64,000 nucleotides of DNA from Dehalococcoidia bacterium (GCA_965249275.1 CBDFLQ010000005.1:96001-160000), one strand, 5' to 3'; counted from the stretch's first letter, positions 41,337 to 52,019 are shown. The notes: generated by a model not told the origin, from the sequence alone. A program made the numbers and translations.

Positions 41337-41798
41337 TTAGGCCTTCGACTTGGAAGCGGACGAATCGCACCACATGTGGCAACCCGTTACGCCCAGGGTT
41401 ATTGGCAGCATCACGTCCACAACCGCCCAGATTATCCACCTCTGGTGGTTACCGCTCGCGTCGGGACCACCCAGGTTGTCGGAGCCCAATCCCAGAAGTG
41501 CAAACCAGTTGTGCAGGAAAAGGATCGTGATGCCCGCGGTGAGGTAGAACAGCAGGTTGACTTCCAGGTATTTGCGGGTCACCGACTCTCCAGCGTCTCG
41601 GCCACCCTCCCTGCGCTTCCGATCGTAATTGAAGAGGAGCGCCACTCCCAGGGCGACGACTATGAGGATGTTCAAAATCCTCCAGACGCTCAGTGCATCG
41701 AAGGATTCGGGGAGGAGCGGATTGATAATGAAGTAGACAGCCACCACCACCGCAATGCCCACCATGTTGGCCCCGCCTATTTTCTTTAGTGCTTCCAT
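41337..41798 (-). CDS. Four-TM hypothetical membrane protein
   Basis: AAGGAGGAG RBS before ATG 41798; four hydrophobic segments. Confidence 0.75.
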   Translation of the reverse strand: MEALKKIGGANMVGIAVVVAVYFIINPLLPESFDALSVWRILNILIVVALGVALLFNYDRKRREGGRDAGESVTRKYLEVNLLFYLTAGITILFLHNWFALLGLGSDNLGGPDASGNHQRWIIWAVVDVMLPITLGVTGCHMWCDSSASKSKA

Positions 41799-42029
41799 AA
41801 CTCCTCCTTTACCGCTCGTTCGCCGGGCCCGTTTCATGCTCGGGATCAGGGGCACGATCTGCCTAAACTACGGAAGATACGCTACGTTAACCCTCGTTTT
41901 GCGAGCATAGCATATTCAATATACAGGCTGCCGAACATCCCGTTTGATGATGTTAGGATAAGCAGTTTAGCCTAAGTGCTATAATGCCGACGCGGGAGTG
42001 TCTTCTATGATGGTCCGGAGGATGAAGGC

Positions 42030-44306
42030 TTGACTGAATATCTGGCGCGCATAAGTGCGCGCAAGCCCTTCTTGATCATTGCTATCTGGGCTGTGATAGG
42101 GCTGGTGGCGGGCGGGTTTGCTGTTGACGCCCAGATCGCCCCTTGGCCTCCGCCTCTTACCGACTTCCTCGACAGGGCCACCACCACCGAGTTTAAGCTC
42201 AGTAGCAGCGCGGGGTCCGGACGCGCCGACCGCCTCCTGGAAGACCGGCTCCGCGGCCCCAAACCCGTAACCGAACTGATAATCTTTCAGTCAAACTCCG
42301 TCACTGTAGACGACCCCTCATTCCGACCCAAAGCCCAGGAGGTGGCCAACGACATCCTGGCCCTCGGGCCCGATATCGTAGCCCTTCCTCCCGACTTCAA
42401 TCCCGCCGCTCCTCCCCCCATCTCCGAAGACCGCAGCACCACGTTCTTCGCCGTGATCATGACCGGCTCCTTCGAAGACGCCGTGGACAATGTCCCAGAA
42501 GTTCTCCACGTAGTCGAGGAGGCAGACAGAAAGGACGGCCTCCGCGTTTTCATGGTCGGAGACGCCAGCACCGCCCACGACAACAACGAGCTGTCCGAAA
42601 ACGACCTGAGGCGGGGGGAACGCGTCGGCCTTCCCATCGCCCTCGTTATTCTCATCGTCCTCTTCGGTACAATCGCCGCAGCCCTAATGCCCGTCGGACT
42701 GTCCATTGCCGCCATCATGGTTGCCCTCGGCATCACGGCCCTCGTAGGACAGGTCTTCGATCTGACCATCTTCGTCACCCTCATGATCATCATGATAGGG
42801 CTGGCTGTCGGGATCGACTATTCCCTCGTCATAATCTCCCGCTACCGGGATGAGCTTGCCCGCGGCCTCGACACCAAGCCGGCCATCGAGCGCGCCGGCG
42901 CAACCGCCGGCCGCACCGTCCTGTTCAGCGGCATCACAGTCGTGATCGCCCTGTGTGGCATCCTGATTGTTCCCTTCTCTTTCTTTCAGTCCCTGGCTAT
43001 TGGGGCAATTCTGGTCGTACTGGTCGCCTTGGCGGCCACCCTCACCCTTCTGCCCGCCAACCTTGCGATCATGGGCCCGAGAATCAACCACCTGCCCATA
43101 CCCTTCTTCGGCAAGTCTAGAATCGCGCCCTCCGAGTCCTCCGGGCAGGGCTTCTGGGAGCTTATAACCCGCATTGTTACCAAGTCTCCTATGATCAGCT
43201 TCCTTATCGTAGCCGCCCCCATGGCCGCCGCTACCTATTTCTATTTCGATATAGAAACAGGCCTTAATGGGGTCGACGCCTTCCCCGAAGGTACCCAGAC
43301 CCGAGAAGCCTTCTTCGTGATGGAAGAGCACTTCTCCTTCGGCCTCGTCAACCCGACTGAAATAGTCATCGACGGCGATATTGACAGCCCAGCGGTCCGG
43401 CAGGCCATAGGCGAGCTTCAGGCCTCCCTGGCCGCTCATCAGGGCCTGGAAGTCGTTCCCGGTGAGACCGTCAACGATCCCCGAGACCTCGCCCTGTTTA
43501 CCGTTCTCATTCCCGGCGAACCCCGCACCCAGGAAGCCGTCGACGTCGTCAATACCATCCGAGACCAGTACATCCCCGCCGCCTTCGACGGGGTAGACGC
43601 TGAGGTCTTTGTCGGCGGCATTAGCGCGGAAGCGACAGACGTGTACTCCATAGTCCAACGATACACGCCCATCGTATTCGCCTTCGTACTCGGCTTCAGC
43701 TTCCTTGTGCTAATGCTGGTTTTCCGCTCGATAGTCATCCCCATCAAAGCCGTATTCATGAACCTCCTATCCGTCGGCACCGCCTAAGGGCTCATGGTCC
43801 TGGTCTTCCAGAAGGGAGGCGCCGACTTTCTCGGCTTCCAGCACGCGGAGGTCATCGACGTCTGGATTCCCCTCTTCCTATTCTCCATCCTCTTCGGCCT
43901 CTCTATGGACTACCACGTCTTCCTCCTGAGCCGCATCCGCGAGCACTACGATCAGACCGGGGACAACGCCGAGGCCGTGGCCTACGGCCTCCGCTCCACC
44001 GCCGGTTTGATCACCGGCGCCGCCCTTATAATGGTCGCCGTTTTCGGCGCTTTTGCCAGCGGCAAGACCATAATCAACCAGCAGGTCGGGTTTGGGCTTT
44101 CAGTAGCCGTGTTACTGGACGCCACCCTCGTGCGCTCAGTTCTCGTCCCGGCCAGCATGGATATGCTTGGCAGACGCAACTGGTACCTCCCATCCTGGCT
44201 GAACTGGCTGCCAGACCTGAGAATAGAAGCGGAAGAAATTCCAGCTCTTAATGTTCAAGGTCAAGCCTTACAAGGAGGTGTCACCGCCAATGACAATCCC
44301 GACTGA
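42030..44306 (+). pseudogene. MMPL (RND) family transporter interrupted by in-frame TAA at 43785-43787
   Basis: GLAVGIDY and GLSMDYHVFLLSR motifs; frame reads NLLSVGTA*GLMVLVFQ across the stop. Confidence 0.85.
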
Positions 44307-45465
44307 CTACACAATTGGTTACGAAAAGGCCCGCGCCGTCGCACCCGATATCGCAGATAAATACATCACACACACCCTTATTGGAGACCCCCTGGGCGAA
44401 GAGATGGCGGCAGACCTCGAGGCGTTCAGCGCATCTGAATCAGAGAGGCTCATTCAAGCGGCCATGAATGAGGAAGGTGAGGAGGCCCTGAGAGACGCCC
44501 CGGACTCCCTGCGAAGATTTTTCAAAGAAGCGGAAACCCCGCCGGAGTGGCTCGACTATTCCACATTTGCCCCGAGTGTCCGTATGTTTTACAGAAACTC
44601 GCAGATAGTCCTGGCGGCATTCGTTGCAGGAGTTCTAATAGAAGGCTTTACAACCAACATCGCAAAGTCCTTCTTCATTACCGGGCGGGTGCGTGACCAG
44701 GGCATCAGGCGTCTGGGGCAGAACAACCGTCACATGATGGAGATATTCCTCCCCGGCGGCATGTACAGGCATGGGGACGGCTGGAAGCTTTCCCTCCGCA
44801 TCAGGATAGTTCACGCACGGCTTAGACGCCTCCTCAGCGCTTCCGAAGACTGGGATAAGGAAGCTTGGGGAGAGCCCATCAGTGCCGCTCACCTGGGCTA
44901 CGCCATTACCGCTTTCTCGGCAAGGCTGCTCAAGCACATGAAGACCCTCGGCGCCAAATATAATAGCGAAGAATACGACAGTTTTATGGCGGTTTGGCGC
45001 TATAGCGGTCACATAATGGGCATCCCTCAAACCATCCTGTTCCAGGATGCCGATGAAGCTCTCAAGCTGTGGAAAATCGCCCTCATGTGCGAGCCCGATT
45101 CCCCAATTGAATCCATCGTGATGGCTCACGCGCTGGTCAACTCGGCCCCATTGATTGCCGGGGTCACCGAGCTGGAGGCCCGCCGCAGCCTGGCCCGGTA
45201 CGTGTACCGCTTGTCCCGCGGACTCATCGGAAAAGAGTACGCCGAATCGCTGCTGTATCCACGCATCTCCCCCTTTGGAGCAGTATGGTGGTTCAGAACG
45301 CAGCAGCGCTACGGCCACATCCTGAGCAAGCTGTTGCCGGGTCGCCGCGAAGACAATAACTTCTCCAAATTCACGTCCCTGCTCAGCACTTCATTGTTCG
45401 ACGAGGAAGGGATACGCTACACATTGCCCGACCGCGTGTACGCGGAAGAGTCCATCCACTGGTAG
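44290..45465 (+). CDS. MpaB/DUF2236 (Lcp-related) heme oxygenase-family protein
   Basis: RIRIVHARLR, WGEPIS, WRYSGHIMG; overlaps the MMPL stop. Confidence 0.85.
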   Translation: MTIPTDYTIGYEKARAVAPDIADKYITHTLIGDPLGEEMAADLEAFSASESERLIQAAMNEEGEEALRDAPDSLRRFFKEAETPPEWLDYSTFAPSVRMFYRNSQIVLAAFVAGVLIEGFTTNIAKSFFITGRVRDQGIRRLGQNNRHMMEIFLPGGMYRHGDGWKLSLRIRIVHARLRRLLSASEDWDKEAWGEPISAAHLGYAITAFSARLLKHMKTLGAKYNSEEYDSFMAVWRYSGHIMGIPQTILFQDADEALKLWKIALMCEPDSPIESIVMAHALVNSAPLIAGVTELEARRSLARYVYRLSRGLIGKEYAESLLYPRISPFGAVWWFRTQQRYGHILSKLLPGRREDNNFSKFTSLLSTSLFDEEGIRYTLPDRVYAEESIHW

Positions 45466-45650
45466 CGGGCGTGTCCCTCTACCACCGATCGCATTGCACA
45501 GGCAGTATTCTATCTTGACATAGAGATGCTATAATCCCGAATGGAAAATTCGTAGTCCTAAACCGCACCCTCCGCCTAGCCCTCCGGCAAGGAGGCGTGC
45601 TCAGGGTCGCGGTGCCCGATTCAGCATAGCCATCTAGGGAGACGGTCTCA

Positions 45651-46049
45651 ATGGATACCAACGGTCAGGAAGACGGAGCGACCACTTGGGCGGTCGCCGA
45701 CACTAAGAATCTGACGATACAGGGAGAAAAGAAGTCCGGGACCCTCATCGCAAAGGCTGCTGGGCGCATAGACGGCAGCAACGCCCGAGAATTTCAGGAC
45801 GCCCTGGATACCTTCCTGGAAGGCGAAGTGTCCGCCCTTATTCTGGACATGGAGAATCTCACCTACATCAGTAGTGCTGGGCTCAGAGTCATATTGATAG
45901 TATCCAAGAAGCTGCAAAGGTCATCCTCCAAGTTCGGCATCTGCGCTCTCTCAGAGTCCATTGGAGAGGTATTCCAGATCAGCGGCTTCGACAAGATCAT
46001 CTCGACCCACCGCACCCAGGCCGATGCGCTCTCCGCTATCAACAGCTAA
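45651..46049 (+). CDS. STAS anti-sigma factor antagonist
   Basis: GRID, LTYISSAGLRV phospho-Ser motif, VFQISGF. Confidence 0.92.
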   Translation: MDTNGQEDGATTWAVADTKNLTIQGEKKSGTLIAKAAGRIDGSNAREFQDALDTFLEGEVSALILDMENLTYISSAGLRVILIVSKKLQRSSSKFGICALSESIGEVFQISGFDKIISTHRTQADALSAINS

Positions 46050-46140
46050 CGGCAGCCCTCGCCCCCGAACCAATCTTTATGCCTACCCCGAGCGCAGGGA
46101 CCAGATCCGTTAGCCACGCATCTATCACAGGACACAGCTA

Positions 46141-47307
46141 ATGGCTATGGAGCCGCCTTACAAAATCCTCGTAGTAGACGACGAACCGGACCTCGAGCCC
46201 CTCATGCTCCAGCGTATGCGCCGCGACATCCGACGCGGCCAATACGAATTTGTCTTCGCTCACGATGGCAATGAGGCCTTGGCATGCCTCAACGATCACG
46301 AAGATGTCGATATCGTCCTTTCGGACATTAACATGCCCGGCATGGACGGCCTCACCCTCCTGGAACAAATCCCCCACGTTGACCCCAAAATCCGCGCCGT
46401 CATGGTTTCCGCCTACGGCGACATGAAGAACATCCGCACGGCGATGAACCGCGGCGCTTTTGACTTCGTCACAAAACCCATCGACTTCGAGGACCTCAGG
46501 GTCACCATAGAACGCACTCTGCGACATATGATGGAATGGCGCGAGGCCCTGGCCTCGCGCGATAAGCTCGTCGCTCTCCAGAATGAACTTGACGTTGCCC
46601 AAAAAATCCAACAGTCCGTCCTCCCGACCGAGTTCCCCGTCAGCGACTATTACGAGATAGACGGCCACATGCAGGCTGCCCGGGAAGTGGGCGGGGACTT
46701 TTACGACGTACTGCGCCTTGAGAACGGCCGCGTCGGCCTCTCCGTGGCCGACGTCTCGGACAAGGGTGTTCCCGCCGCTCTATTCATGATGTCCACCCTC
46801 ACCCTTCTCAAGGGCTCGGCCATAGGCGTCGGCGCCCCGGCGGCCGTCCTGACCGAAGTCAACGATCTCCTCAACGAGGAGAACGAGGCCGCTATGTTCG
46901 TCACTCTCTTATACGCCGTCTTTAACCCCGCCAACGGCCTGCTGAACTATGCCAATGGCGGCCACAATCCTCCCATCATTGTCCATCCGGACGGCACTTC
47001 AACGCTTCTCCCGGCTACCGGTGGAATCGCCCTCGGTGTAGCCCCAAAGTTCCAATACGAAGAGAGTTCCGTCATCCTGGACCCCGGGGACACTTTAGTC
47101 CTATACACCGACGGCGTCACCGAGGCTATGAACGCCGAAGGCGAAGAGTTCGGCCTGGACCGCCTCCGCGATCTCTTCACCAATGTCCCACCCAGGAGTC
47201 CTAAAGAGACCAATACAGCCATATTCGAAGCCGTCAGCGCATTCGCAGGTGACACCCCACAGTCCGACGACATCACCTGTCTGGCCTGCCGACGGAGCGA
47301 GTCCTGA
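46141..47307 (+). CDS. Receiver domain + PP2C/SpoIIE phosphatase (RsbU-like)
   Basis: VVDDE, SDINMP, VGGDFYD, ADVSDKG, YTDGVTE, DDIT. Confidence 0.93.
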   Translation: MAMEPPYKILVVDDEPDLEPLMLQRMRRDIRRGQYEFVFAHDGNEALACLNDHEDVDIVLSDINMPGMDGLTLLEQIPHVDPKIRAVMVSAYGDMKNIRTAMNRGAFDFVTKPIDFEDLRVTIERTLRHMMEWREALASRDKLVALQNELDVAQKIQQSVLPTEFPVSDYYEIDGHMQAAREVGGDFYDVLRLENGRVGLSVADVSDKGVPAALFMMSTLTLLKGSAIGVGAPAAVLTEVNDLLNEENEAAMFVTLLYAVFNPANGLLNYANGGHNPPIIVHPDGTSTLLPATGGIALGVAPKFQYEESSVILDPGDTLVLYTDGVTEAMNAEGEEFGLDRLRDLFTNVPPRSPKETNTAIFEAVSAFAGDTPQSDDITCLACRRSES

Positions 47308-47310
47308 GCC

Positions 47311-47730
47311 TTGAGCGCTAAGCTATCCCTCAAGTTCAAGTCCGACCGCGAAGAGCTCGACGGCATCACCGCCGCCGTTGAGGCATTCTCCGCCGACGAG
47401 GACTGGTCCACCGACCTCCTTTTCCGCATCAACCTCGTCATTGAAGAGCTTGTCCTCAACATCATTGACTACGGCTACGATGACAACGATCACGAGATCG
47501 AGCTCAACTTCAAGTCAGACACCAACTCCGTTACTGTCGACATCACGGACGAAGGCCGCGCCTTTGATCCCCTCAATGACGCTCCCGAACCCGACATCGA
47601 CTCCCCCCTCGAAGAACGTCATGTTGGCGGCCTCGGCGTATACCTGGCCCGAACCATGATGGACGAACTCACCTATCGCCGCGAAAACAGCCGCAATCAC
47701 CTTACGCTGGTCAAACGCCGCGAAGAGTAA
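47311..47730 (+). CDS. RsbW-like anti-sigma factor kinase
   Basis: EELVLNIIDYG, DEGRAFDP, GGLGVYL. Confidence 0.92.
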   Translation: MSAKLSLKFKSDREELDGITAAVEAFSADEDWSTDLLFRINLVIEELVLNIIDYGYDDNDHEIELNFKSDTNSVTVDITDEGRAFDPLNDAPEPDIDSPLEERHVGGLGVYLARTMMDELTYRRENSRNHLTLVKRREE

Positions 47731-47762
47731 CCACAACACTTCAAGATTGAATCGACTAAAGA

Positions 47763-47788
47763 AAGGACCCGCACGTTGTGCGGGCCTT
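47763..47788. terminator. Hairpin terminator between convergent operons
   Basis: CCCGCAC-GTT-GTGCGGG stem extended by AAGG/CCTT. Confidence 0.65.
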
Positions 47789-47825
47789 GATCTTTATCTC
47801 CTGGTTAAGTTGAAGAGGCTAGCAC

Positions 47826-48779
47826 TCACACCAGCTCATATTCGAAGTACGTTGAAGTAACCAGATCGTGCAAGACTCGGCACTGGTCTCCCATTTGCTG
47901 TAGAAACTCCTGGTGGTTCTCCCGGTCCGGCCAGTCATAGTTAACAAGTGCTCCCAGCCAGCCCACGAGCCGGCGGGCCGCTGCACTCGAACCCTCGTCG
48001 GGTGCAGGCCCGAACCCCGACAACACCTCAGACGCACTGCCCAATGACCGGCTTAAAGAGCTGGGTAACTGGGGATCAGCCACCAGCAAATCCAACACCT
48101 GGCTCGCCTGCACTTCGACTCCATACTTTTGCCCGTACGCATCGAATGCATTGTATATTCGCAAAAGGCTCAGCCAGTCATAGTCCGATTCTTCCTCACT
48201 CGTGGCTTCGGCAGCCATATGTGCGAGAAGGAGCGACACCAGTTGCTGGGCCCGCTCCATGGTGCTCCCCAACTGCAAGAAGCGCCAGCCGTCGTCGCGG
48301 TACATCGTCGTCAGCGCCACTCCTTCAAACCTGTTTATGTCCACAATCGTCTCCGCATAGAATCCTTGCGGGGATGTGGCCCAGATGTCCTGTATCCTCA
48401 TCTTTTGGATCCGTAGATAGGACAGGTTCAGGGACGTCCACATTTCCCCGCTTATGCGGTTGCGCATCTGACGGGCGTTCTCTCTGCCCATCCAGAAGCA
48501 CTGCCACACCGACCCCGGATTCGAGCGTTCGAAGGTCAGGTCGTCCGCCAGGGTGAAGGAATCGGCGAGGATGAAGTCGTCATCGTCGCTTACGTCCAGG
48601 CTGCCCCCCGGAGGCGCCCTCCCGACACAGGCATAGATGCGCCGCCACCCGAAGTAGATTTCCCGCACCGGCCGGTCCACCAACGCCTCCGTCTGCAATT
48701 GCAGCAGGCGGCTCAGGTGACGCGCCCGCTCGAGGTAGCGCCCCATCCAGTACAGCCCTTGAGCGCTACGTGAGAGCAT
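47826..48779 (-). CDS. Alpha-E domain protein (DUF403)
   Basis: MLSR..LYWMGRYLERA, RENAR, LGSTMERA (two ER motifs). Confidence 0.92.
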   Translation of the reverse strand: MLSRSAQGLYWMGRYLERARHLSRLLQLQTEALVDRPVREIYFGWRRIYACVGRAPPGGSLDVSDDDDFILADSFTLADDLTFERSNPGSVWQCFWMGRENARQMRNRISGEMWTSLNLSYLRIQKMRIQDIWATSPQGFYAETIVDINRFEGVALTTMYRDDGWRFLQLGSTMERAQQLVSLLLAHMAAEATSEEESDYDWLSLLRIYNAFDAYGQKYGVEVQASQVLDLLVADPQLPSSLSRSLGSASEVLSGFGPAPDEGSSAAARRLVGWLGALVNYDWPDRENHQEFLQQMGDQCRVLHDLVTSTYFEYELV

Positions 48780-50172
48780 CCGCTTTCTTCGGCTCCGTTT
48801 CTTCGTCGAATTCTTCCGGCATCAAAATGAACTCGGGGTAGGACTCCATGCCCAGCTCCGCTACATCCTGACCGAGTTCCTCTACCTGCCTCGTAATCCG
48901 CACACCCAGCACCCTGTCCAATGCCCACCACACGGTAAACGCCGAGCCAAACACGAACCCGCCTACCGCAGCTATACCCATCAGCTGGATGTGGAACTGA
49001 CCGCCGGATGTGAAGGTGACCGCCAATGTGCCCCAGATCCCCGCAATTAAGTGCGCCGGGATCGCTCCCACCACGTCGTCCAGCTTCATCTTCTCCAGCA
49101 ACTTGATGCCGGCGGTACACAACAACCCGCCTATCGCCCCGACTACAACCGCCCAGAAGTGGTCCGTGCTCGCTGGTCCGGCGGTAATCGCCACCAGACC
49201 TGCTATAGCGCCGTTCAGCCCCGCAAACAGGTCTATTCGTCCCAGGATTGGCCTCGATACCGCCAGTGCAGTCACCACGCCCGCCGCCGCCGCCAGGTTG
49301 GTGTTAACCAGCACCACGCTCATCGCCACTGCGTCCAGAGCGCTCCCGAGCGCCAGCTGTGAGCCTCCATTGAACCCGAACCACCCAAGCCACAGGATGA
49401 AGACCCCAAGGGTGACCAGGATCACGTTGGACGGCGGGGTCGGTTTCACCCGGCCGTCCTTTCGGAACTTGCCGAGCCTCGGGCCCACCAGCATTATCCC
49501 GGCCAGTGCCGCCCAGCCTCCCGTGCTGTGGACTATCGTAGAGCCCGCAAAGTCTGAGAACCCAGCCTGTGCCAGCCAGCCGCCACCCCACGTCCACGCC
49601 CCGACTATGGGGTATATGAACGCCGTCAACGCCAATGTGAATAAGAAGAAGGGCAGTAGCTTTATCCGCTCTGCTATAGCCCCGGAAACTATTGATGCCG
49701 CCGTCGCCACGAAGACCATTTGGAAGAACCAGTCCGACATAACGGAGTAGCCGTTGCTAATGACCGCGCCGGTTGCCTCACTGTCTCCGCCTATCATCGC
49801 AACTTCATCCGCTGAAGGCCCGTACAGAAATTCGAACTTGCCCCACAACCCCACCTCTCCCACGTTCGTGTACATCAGGTTGTATCCGATGAAGAAGAAC
49901 GCCAATCCCGCTATCGAATATATGCCGATATTCTTAAGGCATATCGTCGATGCGTTCTTTGTACGCACCGACCCCGATTCCAGCATCGTAAAGCCTGCAC
50001 ACATCCACATCACCAGGGCTCCCCAGATAAGGAATGCAAACGTGTTCAAGATGAACTGCGACTCCTCATCCACTCCCGCGGCATGGGCAATCGCCGGTCG
50101 GGCCAGGAAGACCCCGGCTGTAAACAGCGCAACCAAAGCAAGTAGTATCCTGGGGCTGCGAATCACAAGCAT
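48766..50172 (-). CDS. amt: Ammonium transporter
   Basis: FFQMVF, SGAIAER, DFAGSTIVHSTGG, GWFGFNGGS, DDVVGAIPAH. Confidence 0.95.
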   Translation of the reverse strand: MLVIRSPRILLALVALFTAGVFLARPAIAHAAGVDEESQFILNTFAFLIWGALVMWMCAGFTMLESGSVRTKNASTICLKNIGIYSIAGLAFFFIGYNLMYTNVGEVGLWGKFEFLYGPSADEVAMIGGDSEATGAVISNGYSVMSDWFFQMVFVATAASIVSGAIAERIKLLPFFLFTLALTAFIYPIVGAWTWGGGWLAQAGFSDFAGSTIVHSTGGWAALAGIMLVGPRLGKFRKDGRVKPTPPSNVILVTLGVFILWLGWFGFNGGSQLALGSALDAVAMSVVLVNTNLAAAAGVVTALAVSRPILGRIDLFAGLNGAIAGLVAITAGPASTDHFWAVVVGAIGGLLCTAGIKLLEKMKLDDVVGAIPAHLIAGIWGTLAVTFTSGGQFHIQLMGIAAVGGFVFGSAFTVWWALDRVLGVRITRQVEELGQDVAELGMESYPEFILMPEEFDEETEPKKADALT

Positions 50173-50227
50173 GTCTCTGGGCCTCCTCGCAATGTTTTGG
50201 TCTTAGGGTCTCTGATCAACGGTTTCG

Positions 50228-51661
50228 TCAATCTTCCAATACCCAGAAGTCCTTGCCACCGCCCCCTTGGCTGGAGTTAACCACCAAGCTCCCCCGACGC
50301 AGCGCCACCCGGCAAAAGGCCCCGGGGACCAGCCGAGTCTTCTGTCCGTGCAGTACGAAAGGTCTTAAGTCTACGTGCCGAGGCTCGAACTGCCCTTCGA
50401 TAAGGCACGGCGCTCTTGATAGGGCCAGCACCGGCTGCGAGATGTAGTTCGCCGGGTCTGCCCGTACCTCAGCCGCGTAAGTTTCCCGTTCCTCAGCCGT
50501 CGAGTGCGGACCTATCAGCATCCCGTATCCCCCGGAACCCCCCACCTGTTTCACCACCAGGTCCTGAAGGTTGTCCAGAGTGTACTCCAGGTCCTCGGGG
50601 CGGCGGCAGAGCCGCGTATCCACGTTCTGGAGGATCGGCTCCTCGCCTAGATAGAAACGCACCATGTCCGGTACGTAAGCGTAGACGCTCTTGTCGTCCG
50701 CCACCCCCGTCCCGGGTGCGTTCACCAGGGCCACGTTGCCCAGCTTGTAGGCATGTACCAGCCCCGGCACCCCCAGCAGCGAGTCTTCTCGAAACACCAG
50801 CGGGTCCAGGAAATCGTCGTCCACCCGCCGATACACTATGTCCACCCGTTTCAGGCCATTGGTCGTGCGCATGTAGACCATGCCTTCTTTCACCACCAGG
50901 TCTTGCCCCTCCACCAGCTCTGCGCCTATCTCCTGCGCCAAAAATATATGTTCGTAGAATGCAGAGTTGTAGACCCCGGGCGTCAGAAGCACGATGGTCG
51001 GGTCCGTGCGGCCGCTTGGCGCCAGCTCCAGCAACGTCTCCCGCAGCGCACGCCCGTAGTGTTCCACTTCTTTCACCCGAGACGTCCTGTACAGCCGCCG
51101 TAGGCTTGCCTTCGCCGCCTTCCGGTTGGCCAGCATGTAGGAAACGCCCGAAGGCACCCGAAGGTTGTCCTCCAACACCTTCCACCCGTCGTTCGTCCGC
51201 ACCAAATCGGTGCCACATATGCTTACCCACGTCCCGTAAGGCGCGGAAAAGCCTCGCATCTCGGTCCGGTATTGCGGACAGCCCATCACCACGTCCGCGG
51301 GAATCACTCCGTCCCGGATGATACGGGCCTCGCCGTATACGTCCTCCAGAAACGTATTGAGGGCCTTGAGCCTCTGGGTCAGCCCTCGTTCCAAGTCATC
51401 CCAGTCAGCTCTCGCCATGGCCCGGGGCACGCAGTCTATGGGGATGATTCGCTCATCGGCCTCTTCGTCTCCGTAGACAACAAAGGTAATCCCCTCCGTC
51501 GAAAACGAACGCATGACCCGATCCTGGATATTGTGAAGCTCTTCAGCGGAAAGTTGGGTCAGGGTCTCGTATATCTGCCGGCAGTGCTCCCTTGGGGAGC
51601 CGTCCGGCAGGAACATCTCGTCATATATGAGAGGATCGAGTTCGTAAGTGTCAAAGTTCAC
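50228..51661 (-). CDS. Circularly permuted type 2 ATP-grasp protein
   Basis: LEDNLRVPSGVSYM, YRRVDDDFLDP, ADDK, HVDLRPF, VVNSSQGGGGKD. Confidence 0.94.
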   Translation of the reverse strand: MNFDTYELDPLIYDEMFLPDGSPREHCRQIYETLTQLSAEELHNIQDRVMRSFSTEGITFVVYGDEEADERIIPIDCVPRAMARADWDDLERGLTQRLKALNTFLEDVYGEARIIRDGVIPADVVMGCPQYRTEMRGFSAPYGTWVSICGTDLVRTNDGWKVLEDNLRVPSGVSYMLANRKAAKASLRRLYRTSRVKEVEHYGRALRETLLELAPSGRTDPTIVLLTPGVYNSAFYEHIFLAQEIGAELVEGQDLVVKEGMVYMRTTNGLKRVDIVYRRVDDDFLDPLVFREDSLLGVPGLVHAYKLGNVALVNAPGTGVADDKSVYAYVPDMVRFYLGEEPILQNVDTRLCRRPEDLEYTLDNLQDLVVKQVGGSGGYGMLIGPHSTAEERETYAAEVRADPANYISQPVLALSRAPCLIEGQFEPRHVDLRPFVLHGQKTRLVPGAFCRVALRRGSLVVNSSQGGGGKDFWVLED

Positions 51662-51729
51662 GGCAACAACCCATTTACGAGAGGTGTGAGTATACCAGAG
51701 TATTTATCCACCACTGTGACTGTAGCCAT
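51658..51729 (-). CDS. Putative 23-aa upstream peptide MATVTVVDKYSGILTPLVNGLLP
   Basis: AGAGGAG immediately before ATG; its TGA overlaps the ligase GTG start (GTGA). Confidence 0.4.
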   Translation of the reverse strand: MATVTVVDKYSGILTPLVNGLLP

Positions 51730-52019
51730 CTCCTCTCGAACAACTGCTCTTTTGTAAGGAGCATTTACCTTTCTTCTCGGCACCCAGGTTGACGAAATTG
51801 CTGTAGATGAAATTGGAATAGCGTTAGTGTACAGTCCGTTGGGCCCCCTAAAATGCCCAATCCATATTGTCTATGATGCCCCACGGTCATACCCAGACGT
51901 ATCACCGTGGGAAAGTGCACGATCTTTCTAAGGGCCGTGTTCATATGCTATCTTTTCGGCCCTAAGCCATGTGAGTTATCCATGAATAGCATCCCTGCAC
52001 TTGACTAGGAGCTTGAGTT

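Noticed and set aside
43785-43787. Alternative genetic code (stop reassignment)
   Set aside because: The two internal stops differ (TAA, TGA), and all three stop codons end conserved genes normally in this window.
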